Shown one piece after another: positions 1 through 10,108 of a stretch of DNA of 30,054 nucleotides. The stretch's first letter is position 1; the number at the start of each line of letters is the position of its first letter. The translations under genes and the position numbers were made by a program. Source of the DNA: Candidatus Schekmanbacteria bacterium (GTDB lineage Bacteria; Schekmanbacteria; GWA2-38-11; J061); assembly GCA_003695725.1 (NCBI GenBank), contig RFHX01000040.1, positions 1 through 30,054 on the forward strand, given 5' to 3'. Under the pieces are notes generated by a model. The model worked only from the letters and a program-made list of their open reading frames with translations, was not told where the DNA came from and ran no database searches.

Positions 1-150
1 GTATTAGGTGCCGGCACCATTATATGTCCTAAATGTGATACCGAAATTTCATATTCCTTATTGTTCGATGATGAAATTGAATGTCCTCTTTGTGGCACGG
101 TTTATATATTAGATGCCAAGAAAAAACATTGGATTCCAAAAGGCAAATGA
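1..150 (+). CDS. 3' end of a CDS (5' part outside the window) with a C-terminal zinc-ribbon motif
   Basis: Frame +1 is open from base 1 to TGA at 148-150 and reads VLGAGTIICPKCDTEISYSLLFDDEIECPLCGTVYILDAKKKHWIPKGK*, i.e. CxxC-x15-CxxC. Not in the supplied ORF track. Confidence 0.7.
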   Translation, partial: VLGAGTIICPKCDTEISYSLLFDDEIECPLCGTVYILDAKKKHWIPKGK

Positions 151-180
151 CATCTCAAAATTGAAAGCGCATCCACTATT

Positions 181-209
181 TTGACATAGTATCTCAAATA
201 AATTATAAT
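181..209 (+). promoter_or_regulatory. sigma70-type promoter upstream of miaB
   Basis: Exact consensus TTGACA (181-186), 17-nt spacer, TATAAT (204-209), in the intergenic region about 30 nt before the miaB ATG. Confidence 0.85.
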
Positions 210-240
210 TCCATTCCTTGTTAATCAAGTGGGTATTCCT

Positions 241-1554
241 ATGGAAAAGCAGAGATACTTTATTCATACTTTCGGGTGTCAGATGAATGAGCATGACTCT
301 CAGCGAATAGCAGGTATTCTCGAAGCTGATGGCTATTCAGAAACATCTAATTCATCAGATGCCGATGTAGTCCTGCTCAACACCTGTTGTGTGCGTGCAA
401 AGGCAGAACAGAAGGTACTATCTGAAATAGGAAAACTTTCCCTTTTAAAGGCAAGAAGAAATTTTATTTTGGCTGTATGCGGTTGTATGGCGCAGAAAGA
501 GAAAAGAAAAATTATTAAACGGTTTCCTGAAGTAGATATTGTCTTGGGTACAAATGATGTAATTCACCTCAAAAAAGCAATAGATAAAGCTAAAAAAGGA
601 GAAAAGACTATATTTGCTTCATCAGATTTCAAATCTTTCAATAGCGCAATTCCTTTCTTGAAGAAAGGAAATATAAAAGAATTTGTGACCATTATGGAAG
701 GATGTAATAATTTTTGCAGTTATTGTATTGTTCCCTTTGTGAGAGGGAGGGAAAGAAGCAGACCTTTGGAAGAGATAATTTGTGAGGTGGAGCATCTTGC
801 AAAGGGTGGTTGTAAAGAAGTTACATTGCTGGGCCAAAATGTTAATTCCTATAATTCACCGTCATCTGACGCTTGTGATTTCTCGACTCTTTTAGAGAAG
901 ATTAATGAAATAGAAGGTATCGAGAGGATTCGTTTCGTTACATCACATCCGAAGGATTTTGACAGGAAACTTATAAATGCTATTAAGAGGCTTGATAAAG
1001 TTTGCAGGAATATCCATTTACCTCTTCAGTCCGGATCTGACAAAATTCTTAAGTTAATGAATCGAAACTACACCGTTGAAGAATATATGGAGAAAATCGA
1101 GCTGTTAAAGAGTGAAATTCCAGAGGTGGGCATTTCGTCAGATATTATTGTCGGATTCCCGGGAGAAGATGAAGAAGATTTTAATTATACATTGAATGCC
1201 ATTGAAAAGATTAGGTTTGATACCCTTTTTTCTTTTTGTTATTCCCATAGACCTCCTGCAAAAAGCTCTACATTAGATGAAACTTTGACTATTGAGGAGA
1301 AATTAGAGCGGCTCAACCTTCTTCAGTCGATTCAAAGGAAAATCTCTATGGAAAAGAATATTGCAGAGGAAGGAAAGATAAAGGCTGTATTGGTCGAAGG
1401 TGTGAGTAAAAGAAGCAGCAAGGATTTAACAGGCAGGACCGAACAAAACAGAGTTGTTAATTTTAAAGGTGATGAATCTTTGATAGGGAAAATTGTGCAG
1501 GTTAAAATTACCAAAGCATACAGCAATAGTCTTCGAGGCAGAATTGACCGATAA
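241..1554 (+). CDS. miaB: tRNA-2-methylthio-N6-dimethylallyladenosine synthase MiaB (radical SAM methylthiotransferase)
   Basis: N-terminal UPF0004 motif HTFGCQMNEHDS and NTCCVR, radical SAM motif GCNNFCSYC, FRFVTSHPKD-like FVTSHPKD, SDIIVGFPGE, C-terminal TRAM domain (GRTEQNRVVNF). ATG 241 preferred over GTG 229 (homologue-like start, distance from the promoter). Confidence 0.93.
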   Translation: MEKQRYFIHTFGCQMNEHDSQRIAGILEADGYSETSNSSDADVVLLNTCCVRAKAEQKVLSEIGKLSLLKARRNFILAVCGCMAQKEKRKIIKRFPEVDIVLGTNDVIHLKKAIDKAKKGEKTIFASSDFKSFNSAIPFLKKGNIKEFVTIMEGCNNFCSYCIVPFVRGRERSRPLEEIICEVEHLAKGGCKEVTLLGQNVNSYNSPSSDACDFSTLLEKINEIEGIERIRFVTSHPKDFDRKLINAIKRLDKVCRNIHLPLQSGSDKILKLMNRNYTVEEYMEKIELLKSEIPEVGISSDIIVGFPGEDEEDFNYTLNAIEKIRFDTLFSFCYSHRPPAKSSTLDETLTIEEKLERLNLLQSIQRKISMEKNIAEEGKIKAVLVEGVSKRSSKDLTGRTEQNRVVNFKGDESLIGKIVQVKITKAYSNSLRGRIDR

Positions 1555-1558
1555 AGCT

Positions 1559-2320
1559 TCAAGATTCTTTATCGACACTATTTTCCAGTCTGCCGATTCC
1601 TTCAATCTCTACTGCAATTTCATCGCCAACTTTTAAACTTCCAACGCCTGGAGGTGTGCCGGTGATAATCACGTCTTCAGGCAGTAGTGTCATTATTTTC
1701 GATATGAATGAGACAAGAAAATATGGCTTGAATATCATTAAATTTGTTGATGAATCTTGAACTATTTTGCCATTTAGGTAAGTTTTTATTTTAAGGTGAT
1801 TAGGGTCTAATTCTGTTTCGATTACTGGACCTAACGGGGCAAAGGTATCAAATCCTTTTCCTCGAGTAAATTGTCCATCCTTCCTTTGCAAATCCCGTGC
1901 AGTAATGTCGTTTGCGCATGTAAATCCTGCCACATATTCCTTTGCTTCTTCTTCAGATACATCTTTACATCTTTTCCCAATTACGATTGCAAGTTCTCCT
2001 TCATAGTCTACCTGTCTCGATTGAGGAGGATAAATTATCTTCTCCTTATGACCTATTACCGATGTTGACGGCTTCATAAATAGCATTGGCTCATCGGGAA
2101 TTGGTGAACCAAATTCCTTGGCATGGTCTTTGTAGTTCAAACCGATAGCTACTATTTTGGAAGGATTACAAGGTGTTAAAAACTTGGCAGATGATAAAGG
2201 GAATTTTTTCCCTGTGAGAGAATAGTCGTCAAAAAAATTTCCAGTGATCTCTTCGATATTCCCATTATTGATTATGCCTTCAATCTTTCTATCCTCGATA
2301 ATAACCTGTGCAAACTTCAT
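1559..2320 (-). CDS. Fumarylacetoacetate hydrolase family protein
   Basis: SKIVAIGLNYKDH, PMLFMKP, VDYEGELAIVIG, NDITARDLQ, KGFDTFAPLGP, DVIITGTPPGVG; GAGG SD upstream. Confidence 0.92.
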   Translation of the reverse strand: MKFAQVIIEDRKIEGIINNGNIEEITGNFFDDYSLTGKKFPLSSAKFLTPCNPSKIVAIGLNYKDHAKEFGSPIPDEPMLFMKPSTSVIGHKEKIIYPPQSRQVDYEGELAIVIGKRCKDVSEEEAKEYVAGFTCANDITARDLQRKDGQFTRGKGFDTFAPLGPVIETELDPNHLKIKTYLNGKIVQDSSTNLMIFKPYFLVSFISKIMTLLPEDVIITGTPPGVGSLKVGDEIAVEIEGIGRLENSVDKES

Positions 2321-2392
2321 TTTATTCCTCGCTTTGGATTTGAATAGTTGTAGAAATTTTATGATGATTGAATGTCGCTATCAGATAAGAAT

Positions 2393-4645
2393 TTAGGATT
2401 GATTTTCTTCATTGTCGTTTTTGTACTTTTTGCGGTTTTCTAAAAATTCTTCAACTTCTGTTTCATCGATAAGAACTTCTCGGGGTTTCACACCGTCTGC
2501 CGGGCCAATAAGGCCTTCTGCTTCCATCTTTTCAATAATTCTCGCCGCCCGATTATAACCAACTCGGAATTTTCTTTGGACCAATGATATAGAAACGCTT
2601 TTTGTTTTTGCAAGCCATCTTACAACTTCTTCGTATATCTCATCCTCTTCTTCCTCAATTTCACTTTCTTTTTCGCTCGGCAATGGAGTAAGTACAGTCA
2701 TATCGGGCTGTGATATACCCTGCGCCTTGATATGGTTTACTACAGCTTGAACTTCCGTATCTGAAACAAAAGCACCATGAATTCTAGTTAAGCGATTATA
2801 ACCCGGAGACATCAACAGCATATCACCTTTGCCCAATAATTGTTCTGCGCCGTTTTGGTCTAGAATTGTTCTTGAATCCACTTTCACAGATACTTGCAGG
2901 GCAATCCGCCATGAAAAGTTTGCTTTTATAACTCCTGTAATTACATCTACTGATGGTCTTTGAGTTGCCATTATTAAATGTATGCCTGCAGCTCTTGCCA
3001 TTTGGGAAAGCCGTTGAATTGAATCTTCTACTGTTTTTGACGCCGCAATCATTAAATCTGCCAGTTCATCTATGAAAATAACGATATAGGGTAAAATATT
3101 TTCTTCCTCATCCCTGTTTTCTTCTCTTAATAAGCGATTATATCTTGTTATGCTTCTAACTCCCCTATTTTTCATCAACTGATATCTTCTTTCCATTTCT
3201 CTTACTGCCCATTGAAGAGCGTAAGATGCTTCTTTTGGATTTGTTACAACCGGTGTTAAAAGATGAGGTATGTCTTGATAAACAGAAAGTTCAAGCATTT
3301 TCGGGTCAACCATTATCATTTTAACTTCTTTCGGTGTTGCTCTGTAGAGGAGGCTTAAAATCATCATATTTACAGCAACACTTTTACCTGACCCTGTTGC
3401 CCCTGCAATCAAAAGATGCGGCATCTTTGCTAAATCTTCTACCACAACATTGCCAAGTATGTCTTTCCCAAGGGCAATACATATTTTTGAAGGATGAGAC
3501 TGAAATTTATCAGATTGAAGGATCTCTTTAAGATAGACATTTTCTCTTTTATTGTTTGGAATCTCAATCCCCACGGTGCCTTTTCCGGGTATGGGCGCTA
3601 CAATTCTAACATTGATTGTTTTCATTGCCATTGCCAAGTCATTGGTGAGCGACACAATTTTATTCAACTTTATTCCCGGTGCAGGCTCAAATTCATACAT
3701 TGTAATAACAGGGCCAGTTCTCACTTCGCAAACCTTTCCTTCGATACCGAAATCCAAAAGTTTTTTTTCTAATATCTTTGAATTCAAAAGGATATCCTGT
3801 TTGGTGATTTTCGATTCACTTTTTTTCGGTTCTCTGAGAAGATTTAGAGAAGGGAGCATATATTCTTTGGCGAAATCAAAGCGCTGCTGTTCAGGTTCGG
3901 GAATTTCCTCTCCTTTGTCCATATCGATTTCGATTTGTTCTATATTTGGTCTGGGTTTCTTCTTTTCACTCTCAATTTTCGGTTTTATATTGGCGGAATG
4001 CTTCTTTTTTTGTTTCCAATTGATATAGAAGTCAAATGCCTTATCGATTTTTTCATAAGACCACCGTACCGAAACAGCAACTGCATTAAATGCTTTTCTC
4101 GTTATATCAATAATGGAAAATTCTGTTAGAAGGAAGAGAGAGAGAATAAAAAATGAAACAAGAATAATATAGGTGCCGGCAGGTCCGGCAAGTCTTTCTG
4201 AAGGTCCTGTCAAGTATAGACCAATTATGCCGCCAGGAGTTATACCCTTTGAAAATTCAATAAGCTCATTATGCCTGAAAGGAAATTGAAGCAGCGTGCA
4301 TAAACTTGTGAAAAAAAGTATGAAACCAATGGACTTTATAACAATGTGGTCTATCTTTTCCTTCCTTATGAGGTTTAAACTGAAAAGGAAAATAAAAAGA
4401 GGCATTAAAAGAGATGCATAACCGAAAACCTCAAACAAAAGTGCCGAACATTCTGCCCCTATTAAACCTGCAAGATTGTTGTATTTGCCTTCTGTTATGT
4501 TTTTGGAATCAGCAGAAAACCAAGTCGTATCATGGGGATTGTGCGATATAAGACTAAGAGAAAGAAGAAGTGCAAAAGCTAAAAGAAAGAAAGCACTTAT
4601 ATCTCGTTTTATACTTCTACCCTTTGAAATTTGTCCTTTGCTCAT
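2393..4645 (-). CDS. ftsK: DNA translocase FtsK/SpoIIIE
   Basis: N-terminal multi-TM region; motor domain with Walker A AGATGSGKS, IDELADLM, ATQRPSVDVITG, AEQLLGKGDML; gamma domain SISLVQRKFRVGYNRAARIIEKME. Confidence 0.95.
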   Translation of the reverse strand: MSKGQISKGRSIKRDISAFFLLAFALLLSLSLISHNPHDTTWFSADSKNITEGKYNNLAGLIGAECSALLFEVFGYASLLMPLFIFLFSLNLIRKEKIDHIVIKSIGFILFFTSLCTLLQFPFRHNELIEFSKGITPGGIIGLYLTGPSERLAGPAGTYIILVSFFILSLFLLTEFSIIDITRKAFNAVAVSVRWSYEKIDKAFDFYINWKQKKKHSANIKPKIESEKKKPRPNIEQIEIDMDKGEEIPEPEQQRFDFAKEYMLPSLNLLREPKKSESKITKQDILLNSKILEKKLLDFGIEGKVCEVRTGPVITMYEFEPAPGIKLNKIVSLTNDLAMAMKTINVRIVAPIPGKGTVGIEIPNNKRENVYLKEILQSDKFQSHPSKICIALGKDILGNVVVEDLAKMPHLLIAGATGSGKSVAVNMMILSLLYRATPKEVKMIMVDPKMLELSVYQDIPHLLTPVVTNPKEASYALQWAVREMERRYQLMKNRGVRSITRYNRLLREENRDEEENILPYIVIFIDELADLMIAASKTVEDSIQRLSQMARAAGIHLIMATQRPSVDVITGVIKANFSWRIALQVSVKVDSRTILDQNGAEQLLGKGDMLLMSPGYNRLTRIHGAFVSDTEVQAVVNHIKAQGISQPDMTVLTPLPSEKESEIEEEEDEIYEEVVRWLAKTKSVSISLVQRKFRVGYNRAARIIEKMEAEGLIGPADGVKPREVLIDETEVEEFLENRKKYKNDNEENQS

Positions 4646-4748
4646 TTTTCAGCATATTATGTAAAAGCACTATTGAAATTATATAGAAAAAACAACAGTT
4701 CTACAAGGATATAGTATCTCATCTATTCCAAAAAAGAAAAGTAATTTG

Positions 4749-4777
4749 TTGATTTTTTTCTGTATTTTTTTTAATAT
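4749..4777 (+). promoter_or_regulatory. candidate sigma70 promoter for the ftsH-folP-cdaA-cdaR-pdxJ-asd run
   Basis: TTGATT (4749-4754), 17 nt, TAATAT (4772-4777) in the divergent ftsK/ftsH gap. AT-rich context limits certainty. Confidence 0.35.
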
Positions 4778-4820
4778 GATTTTGCGTTACTAAGATAGAA
4801 TCAATAGAAATAAAAGGATT

Positions 4821-6650
4821 ATGGCTTCCGGTGAAAAAATGAATCAATTCTATAAGAATTTAATGTTGTGGATAATACTGATTGTATTCACAATAATTCT
4901 ATTTAATGCCTTCAATAACAATAAAAATATTGCAAATGAATTTGATTATTCAAAATTTCTTCAATTTGTAAATGAAGGCAAGGTTGTAAAGGTAACAATT
5001 CAGGGAAATGATATCGAAGGTGTTTTGACTGACAATTCAAAGTTCAAAACTTATGCACCTGATGACCCAAAATTGATTGAGTTGCTCACAAGCAAAAATG
5101 TGCAGATTAAAGCCCTTGCGCCTCCTTCATCTCCTTGGTATGTAGTTTTTCTTTCATCTTGGTTTCCTCTTCTTGTGTTGTTGGGAATATGGGTTTTCTT
5201 TATGCGTCAAATGCAAGTGGGAGGAAATAAGGCGCTTTCCTTTGGCAAAAGCAAGGCAAGGCTTCTCAATGAGAGTCAGAACAAAGTCACTTTTGATGAT
5301 GTAGCAGGCATAGATGAGGCAAAACTTGAAGTTGAAGAGATTATCGAGTTTTTGAAAGATCCCCATAAGTTTCAAAAACTGGGAGGCAAAATACCTAAAG
5401 GAGTTCTGCTTATAGGTCCTCCCGGCACAGGAAAAACTTTGCTTGCAAGAGCCATAGCAGGCGAAGCAGATGTACCATTCTTTTCAATATCTGGTTCTGA
5501 TTTCGTAGAGATGTTTGTAGGCGTTGGCGCATCGAGAGTCAGAGATCTCTTTGAGCAAGGAAAGAAAAATGCCCCTTGTATTATCTTTATCGACGAAATA
5601 GATGCAGTAGGACGTCATCGCGGTGCAGGACTTGGGGGTGGACACGATGAAAGAGAACAGACATTGAACCAGCTTTTGGTTGAGATGGACGGATTTGAAT
5701 CAAATGAAGGAGTGATATTGATTGCAGCAACAAACCGTCCTGATGTTTTGGATCCTGCTCTTTTGAGGCCCGGTCGTTTTGACCGGCAGGTGGTGGTTCC
5801 GAGGCCCGATGTAAAGGGGCGCGAAGGGATTCTGAAAGTTCATACCAAGAAAATTCCTTTGGCGGAAAATGTTTCCTTGGAGATCATTGCAAGAGGAACT
5901 CCCGGATTTTCAGGTGCAGATTTGGCAAATCTTGTCAATGAAGCCGCTCTTTATGCAGCAAGGATAAATAAAGATAAAGTTGAGATGTCTGATTTTGAAT
6001 ACGCAAAGGATAAAGTCTTAATGGGCGTTGAAAGAAAAAGTATGATCATAAGTGAGGAAGAAAAAAGAATTACTGCTTATCATGAAGCAGGTCATACATT
6101 AGTCGCAAAACTTTTGCCGGGTACTGACCCAATTCATAAGGTCAGTATAATCCCGAGAGGAATGGCATTGGGGGTTACACAACAGCTTCCAATGGATGAA
6201 AAACATACATATCCTCTTGAATATCTCAGGAATAATATCTGTGTTTTGCTTGGCGGAAGACTTGCTGAAGATATAATCTTGTCACAGCCAACAACAGGTG
6301 CCGGCAATGATATTGAAAGAGCCACTGAATTGGCAAGAAAAATGGTATGCGAATGGGGAATGAGCAAAGAGCTGGGGCCCCTGACATTTGGGAAAAAGGA
6401 AGAGGAAATTTTTCTTGGAAGAGAAATTTCTAAACATAGAGATTACAGCGAAGCAACAGCCGTTGCGATTGATAGGGAAGTTAAAAATATTGTAATGGAA
6501 TGTTATAATCTTGCTAAGTCTCTGCTTCTATCAAAAATTGATGTTCTCAATGCATTGGCAAAAGCTCTTCTTGAAAAAGAAGTGCTTAACGGCGAAGAGA
6601 TAGATAAAATTGTCAATAGCGAAGGTAAGGAAGCCATCACGGCTGCATAA
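4821..6650 (+). CDS. ftsH: ATP-dependent zinc metalloprotease FtsH (alternative start ATG 4839)
   Basis: Two N-terminal TM segments, Walker [26 protein letters not shown], Walker [35 protein letters not shown], zinc motif HEAGH. Confidence 0.97.
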   Translation: MASGEKMNQFYKNLMLWIILIVFTIILFNAFNNNKNIANEFDYSKFLQFVNEGKVVKVTIQGNDIEGVLTDNSKFKTYAPDDPKLIELLTSKNVQIKALAPPSSPWYVVFLSSWFPLLVLLGIWVFFMRQMQVGGNKALSFGKSKARLLNESQNKVTFDDVAGIDEAKLEVEEIIEFLKDPHKFQKLGGKIPKGVLLIGPPGTGKTLLARAIAGEADVPFFSISGSDFVEMFVGVGASRVRDLFEQGKKNAPCIIFIDEIDAVGRHRGAGLGGGHDEREQTLNQLLVEMDGFESNEGVILIAATNRPDVLDPALLRPGRFDRQVVVPRPDVKGREGILKVHTKKIPLAENVSLEIIARGTPGFSGADLANLVNEAALYAARINKDKVEMSDFEYAKDKVLMGVERKSMIISEEEKRITAYHEAGHTLVAKLLPGTDPIHKVSIIPRGMALGVTQQLPMDEKHTYPLEYLRNNICVLLGGRLAEDIILSQPTTGAGNDIERATELARKMVCEWGMSKELGPLTFGKKEEEIFLGREISKHRDYSEATAVAIDREVKNIVMECYNLAKSLLLSKIDVLNALAKALLEKEVLNGEEIDKIVNSEGKEAITAA

Positions 6651-6753
6651 AGAAATTCTTTAAAAAGAAAAAAAAGAAGTTAAATATTGTATTTTATTGA
6701 ATCCTTGAAGAAACATTTCACTTTTTTATCCTATTCTTTTTTGGAGTTTTTTG

Positions 6754-7599
6754 ATGAACAATTTCCGCATAGATTTTCCAAGAGGTATTTCTCTTTGTTT
6801 GGATAATTCACTTGCAGTAATGGGAGTCATTAATTGTACTCCTGATTCTTTTTATGACGGAGGAAAATACAGTTCTGCTGACGAAGCAGTTGAAAGAGCA
6901 TTAAGAATGGAAGAGGAGGGAGCAAAGATAATTGATGTAGGTGGTGAATCGACAAGGCCGGGCAGTAAACGAGTAGATGCAAAAGAGGAACTTTCAAGAG
7001 TTATTCCTGTTGTTAAAAAATTGCGGAAAAAAAGTAAAATTCTAATTTCTGTTGACACATATAAATCTGAAGTTGCAACTGCCGCTTTAGACAATGGAGC
7101 TGATTTAGTAAATGACATTAGTGGATTCGATTTTGATGCAAAAATGCCTGAAACTATTGCTCATTTTGGATGCCCTGTAATTATAGGGCATATTAAAGGC
7201 AAACCGGAAACTATGCAAAAAGGAGTAAAATATAGGAATGTTGTCAATGAAGTAATGAAAAAACTTGAAGATAAAACAGATATGGCTGTAAAATCTGGTA
7301 TAAGGAAAGATTTAATTCTTATCGATCCGGGAATAGGATTTGGAAAGAAGGTTGAAGACAATTTGAGAATAATCAAGTATCTCAATCAAATAAAGAAGCT
7401 TGAAAGGCCTATAGTCATAGGTGCTTCGAGAAAAAGCTTTATTGGAAAGATACTGGATGTAGAACCGGAAGAGAGATTGGAAGGGAGTCTTGCTGTTGCT
7501 TCTATTGCCGCATTGAATGGAGCAGACATTATAAGAGCCCATGATGTAAAGGAAACTGTTAGAGCTCTTAAAGTTGTGGAAAGCATATTATCTGCATAG
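6754..7599 (+). CDS. folP: Dihydropteroate synthase
   Basis: VMGVINCTPDSFYDGG, IIDVGGESTRPG, ISVDT, DPGIGFGK, GASRKSFIG, IIRAHDV; GGAG SD 7 nt before ATG 6754. Confidence 0.95.
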   Translation: MNNFRIDFPRGISLCLDNSLAVMGVINCTPDSFYDGGKYSSADEAVERALRMEEEGAKIIDVGGESTRPGSKRVDAKEELSRVIPVVKKLRKKSKILISVDTYKSEVATAALDNGADLVNDISGFDFDAKMPETIAHFGCPVIIGHIKGKPETMQKGVKYRNVVNEVMKKLEDKTDMAVKSGIRKDLILIDPGIGFGKKVEDNLRIIKYLNQIKKLERPIVIGASRKSFIGKILDVEPEERLEGSLAVASIAALNGADIIRAHDVKETVRALKVVESILSA

Positions 7600-7607
7600 G
7601 AGATAAA

Positions 7608-8396
7608 TTGGAATTACCTTTGGGCATAACTTATATTGATCTTTTTAAAAACGCTCTTGATATTCTTATTGTGGCATTCATCATTTATCGCCTTCTCCTT
7701 TTCATAAAAGGAACACGAGCAATACAGATGTTAATCGGTTTAATTCTCTTTAGTTTCGTCTATTTGCTTTCTGAATATTTCGAATTTACAACAACTCACT
7801 GGATAATGGAACATTTCTGGTCAGTTCTCCTTATTGCCATTCTTATTCTTTTTCAACCGGAGATTAGAGCAATGCTTGCCGAGATGGGACAAAGACCAAT
7901 TATGGCTTCCTTCTTCAAATACGAAGGACAACAGGTAATGGGTGAAATCATAAAAGCCGTGATGATTTTGTCAGAAAGAAGAATAGGGGCTCTAATTGTC
8001 CTTGAAAGGGAAACGAAACTGCGTCCCTATGTGCAAGTTGGTGCCATTCTTATGAGCAGAGTTACGGAGCGCCTCATTTTAAGCATTTTTCAACCAGAAT
8101 CACCACTTCATGACGGCGCTATTATTATCGGAGAAGATAATAGAATTTTTGCTGCCGGATGTTATTTACCTCTTACTTCAAGGACAGATATATCAAAATA
8201 TTTGGGCACAAGGCACCGGGCAGCGGTAGGAATTAGTGAGGAAACAGATGCCGTTGTAATAGTTGTTTCTGAAGAAACCGGAACAATTTCTATTGCAGAA
8301 GGGGGTCAGCTTTATAGCAACCTTTCAGAAGATTCACTAAGAGAGAGACTGCAGTCTCTTTTTAAGATAACGGCGAAAAAAGGAACAAAAAAATGA
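7608..8396 (+). CDS. cdaA: Membrane-bound diadenylate cyclase CdaA/DacA
   Basis: Three N-terminal hydrophobic segments, FQPEIR, intact DAC motifs HDGA and GTRHRAA, VVSEETG; TTG start after GGAG. Confidence 0.95.
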   Translation: MELPLGITYIDLFKNALDILIVAFIIYRLLLFIKGTRAIQMLIGLILFSFVYLLSEYFEFTTTHWIMEHFWSVLLIAILILFQPEIRAMLAEMGQRPIMASFFKYEGQQVMGEIIKAVMILSERRIGALIVLERETKLRPYVQVGAILMSRVTERLILSIFQPESPLHDGAIIIGEDNRIFAAGCYLPLTSRTDISKYLGTRHRAAVGISEETDAVVIVVSEETGTISIAEGGQLYSNLSEDSLRERLQSLFKITAKKGTKK

Positions 8397-9322
8397 AAAG
8401 ATGGCTGTCGAATAATCTGCTGCTAAAAGCTTTTTCGCTTTTATTTGCGGCTCTCTTATGGTTTTATCTGACTGCGGAGCAGGAAGCGGAACTTGGTTTC
8501 CCAGTAAGAATCGAATTTAGTGGACTGCCTTCATCTCTCGTAGTATCAGAAGGTAAAATAGACCATGCTACAGTATGGCTTCGAGGAGTAAGAAGAAACC
8601 TTTTCAACCTTAGAGCGAAAAATATGGTATTTAAGGTAGACCTGAAAGAAGCAACTGAAGGAATGCTTGTTTATCCACTAACAGAAGATGGATTGGAAAA
8701 GATTCCTGGCATTGTTGTTGAGAAAATTGTGCCACCTGTTTTGAATTTGAAAATTGAGAAGCTTATTAAAAAAAGTCTTTATGTCAAACCAAAATTGAAA
8801 GGAATGGTCCCGCGCGGTTATGAGTTTGTTAGCGCATCAGTTTATCCAAGAGTTATACAGGTGCGTGGAAGAAGAAGTGTCCTTCAGGGAATGAAAAGTA
8901 TTTATACCTACCCTGTGGATATCTCAAATTTGACACAGCCTGCCAATTTTGAAGTTCCAGCCAATTTAGAGGCATACGATTTAGAGCTTGTTGATGATTC
9001 GCGTATGGTTAAAGTTCGAGTAAATGTGAAAGAACATATTGTCCAAAAAAGATTTGTTGGCCTTCCTCTTATAGTAAAAGAATTACCTCAGAATTATAAT
9101 GCAACGATTACACCTACCACCACAACCATAGAAGTAAAAGGACCGGAAATTTTACTTGATAATTTAAAACCTGTGGATATAAAGGTCTTCGTAAGTGCTA
9201 AAAATTTGCCGGCTGGAATCTTTTATAAGAGACGAGCAGAAGTAGAACTTCCTGAAAAAGTTTCCGTAGTAAAGATTGAGCCGGCACTTTATAAGATAAA
9301 GAAGTTCCGTAGAAAAAAATAG
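8393..9322 (+). CDS. cdaR: CdaR/YbbR-domain regulator of diadenylate cyclase
   Basis: Overlaps the cdaA stop (ATGA); N-terminal anchor LKAFSLLFAALLWFYL followed by about three beta-rich YbbR-like repeats (ATVWLRG, VIQVRG, TIEVKG). Confidence 0.88.
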   Translation: MKRWLSNNLLLKAFSLLFAALLWFYLTAEQEAELGFPVRIEFSGLPSSLVVSEGKIDHATVWLRGVRRNLFNLRAKNMVFKVDLKEATEGMLVYPLTEDGLEKIPGIVVEKIVPPVLNLKIEKLIKKSLYVKPKLKGMVPRGYEFVSASVYPRVIQVRGRRSVLQGMKSIYTYPVDISNLTQPANFEVPANLEAYDLELVDDSRMVKVRVNVKEHIVQKRFVGLPLIVKELPQNYNATITPTTTTIEVKGPEILLDNLKPVDIKVFVSAKNLPAGIFYKRRAEVELPEKVSVVKIEPALYKIKKFRRKK

Positions 9323-9376
9323 AGTAGTTTTTCATAGGTTTTTGATTAGCAAGTTAATAATTAAGGTAAAGTGATA

Positions 9377-10093
9377 ATGAAGTTAGGTGTGAATGTTGAC
9401 CATGTAGCCACGATCAGACAGGCACGGGCTTCAAAAGTTCCTGACCCTGTGGAAGCAGCGCTTGCGGCTGAACTTGCAGGAGCAGATGGTATTACCGTGC
9501 ATCTAAGAAGCGACCGTCGCCATATTCAGGAGAGAGATTTAAGGCTTCTTAGAGAGATAGTTAAGACTAAATTAAATCTTGAAATGGCAGTTACAGATGA
9601 AATGACAAAAATTGCGGCTGAGATAGAACCTCATTCAATTACTCTCGTTCCGGAAAAACCGGATGAGCTGACAACAGAAGGCGGGCTCGATATCAAAGCG
9701 AATATGAATGCAATCGAAAAATTGATTAAAAAACTTGAAGGCAAAAGCATTATTATTGGGGCTTTTATAGACACAGACATAGAACAGATAGACTGTGCAG
9801 TGAAATTAGGCCTTAATCATATTGAAATAAATACAGGAAAATATGCCGAAAAATGGCCTGAAAGAGAGGCAGAAGAAGAGCTTGAAAAAATAAAAAGGTC
9901 AGTTGATTACGCGTTACAGAAGGAATTGATTGTCAATGGAGGGCACGGACTAGATTACAAAAATGTCATTCCTATTCGGGAGATAACAGGCATAAATGAA
10001 TTGAATATTGGACACAGCATTGTTGCAAGAGCTGTAATCGTGGGAATGTATGAGGCAGTATGTGAAATGCTGGCTCTAATTGGTGATTTTTAA
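9377..10093 (+). CDS. pdxJ: Pyridoxine 5'-phosphate synthase
   Basis: KLGVNVDHVATIRQAR, GITVHLRSDRRHIQ, LNLEMA, TLVPEKPDELTTEGGLD, GHGLDYKNV, ELNIGHSIVARA. ATG 9377 preferred over GTG 9371 on SD spacing. Confidence 0.96.
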   Translation: MKLGVNVDHVATIRQARASKVPDPVEAALAAELAGADGITVHLRSDRRHIQERDLRLLREIVKTKLNLEMAVTDEMTKIAAEIEPHSITLVPEKPDELTTEGGLDIKANMNAIEKLIKKLEGKSIIIGAFIDTDIEQIDCAVKLGLNHIEINTGKYAEKWPEREAEEELEKIKRSVDYALQKELIVNGGHGLDYKNVIPIREITGINELNIGHSIVARAVIVGMYEAVCEMLALIGDF

Positions 10094-10108
10094 AATCAGG
10101 AGAAAAAA

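Noticed and set aside
109-294. 61-aa minus-strand ORF
   Set aside because: Overlaps the zinc-ribbon CDS end, the miaB promoter and the miaB start on the opposite strand; no motif.
3334-4664. Plus-strand ORFs inside ftsK (including 158 aa at 3552-4028)
   Set aside because: Antisense shadows with no recognisable domain.
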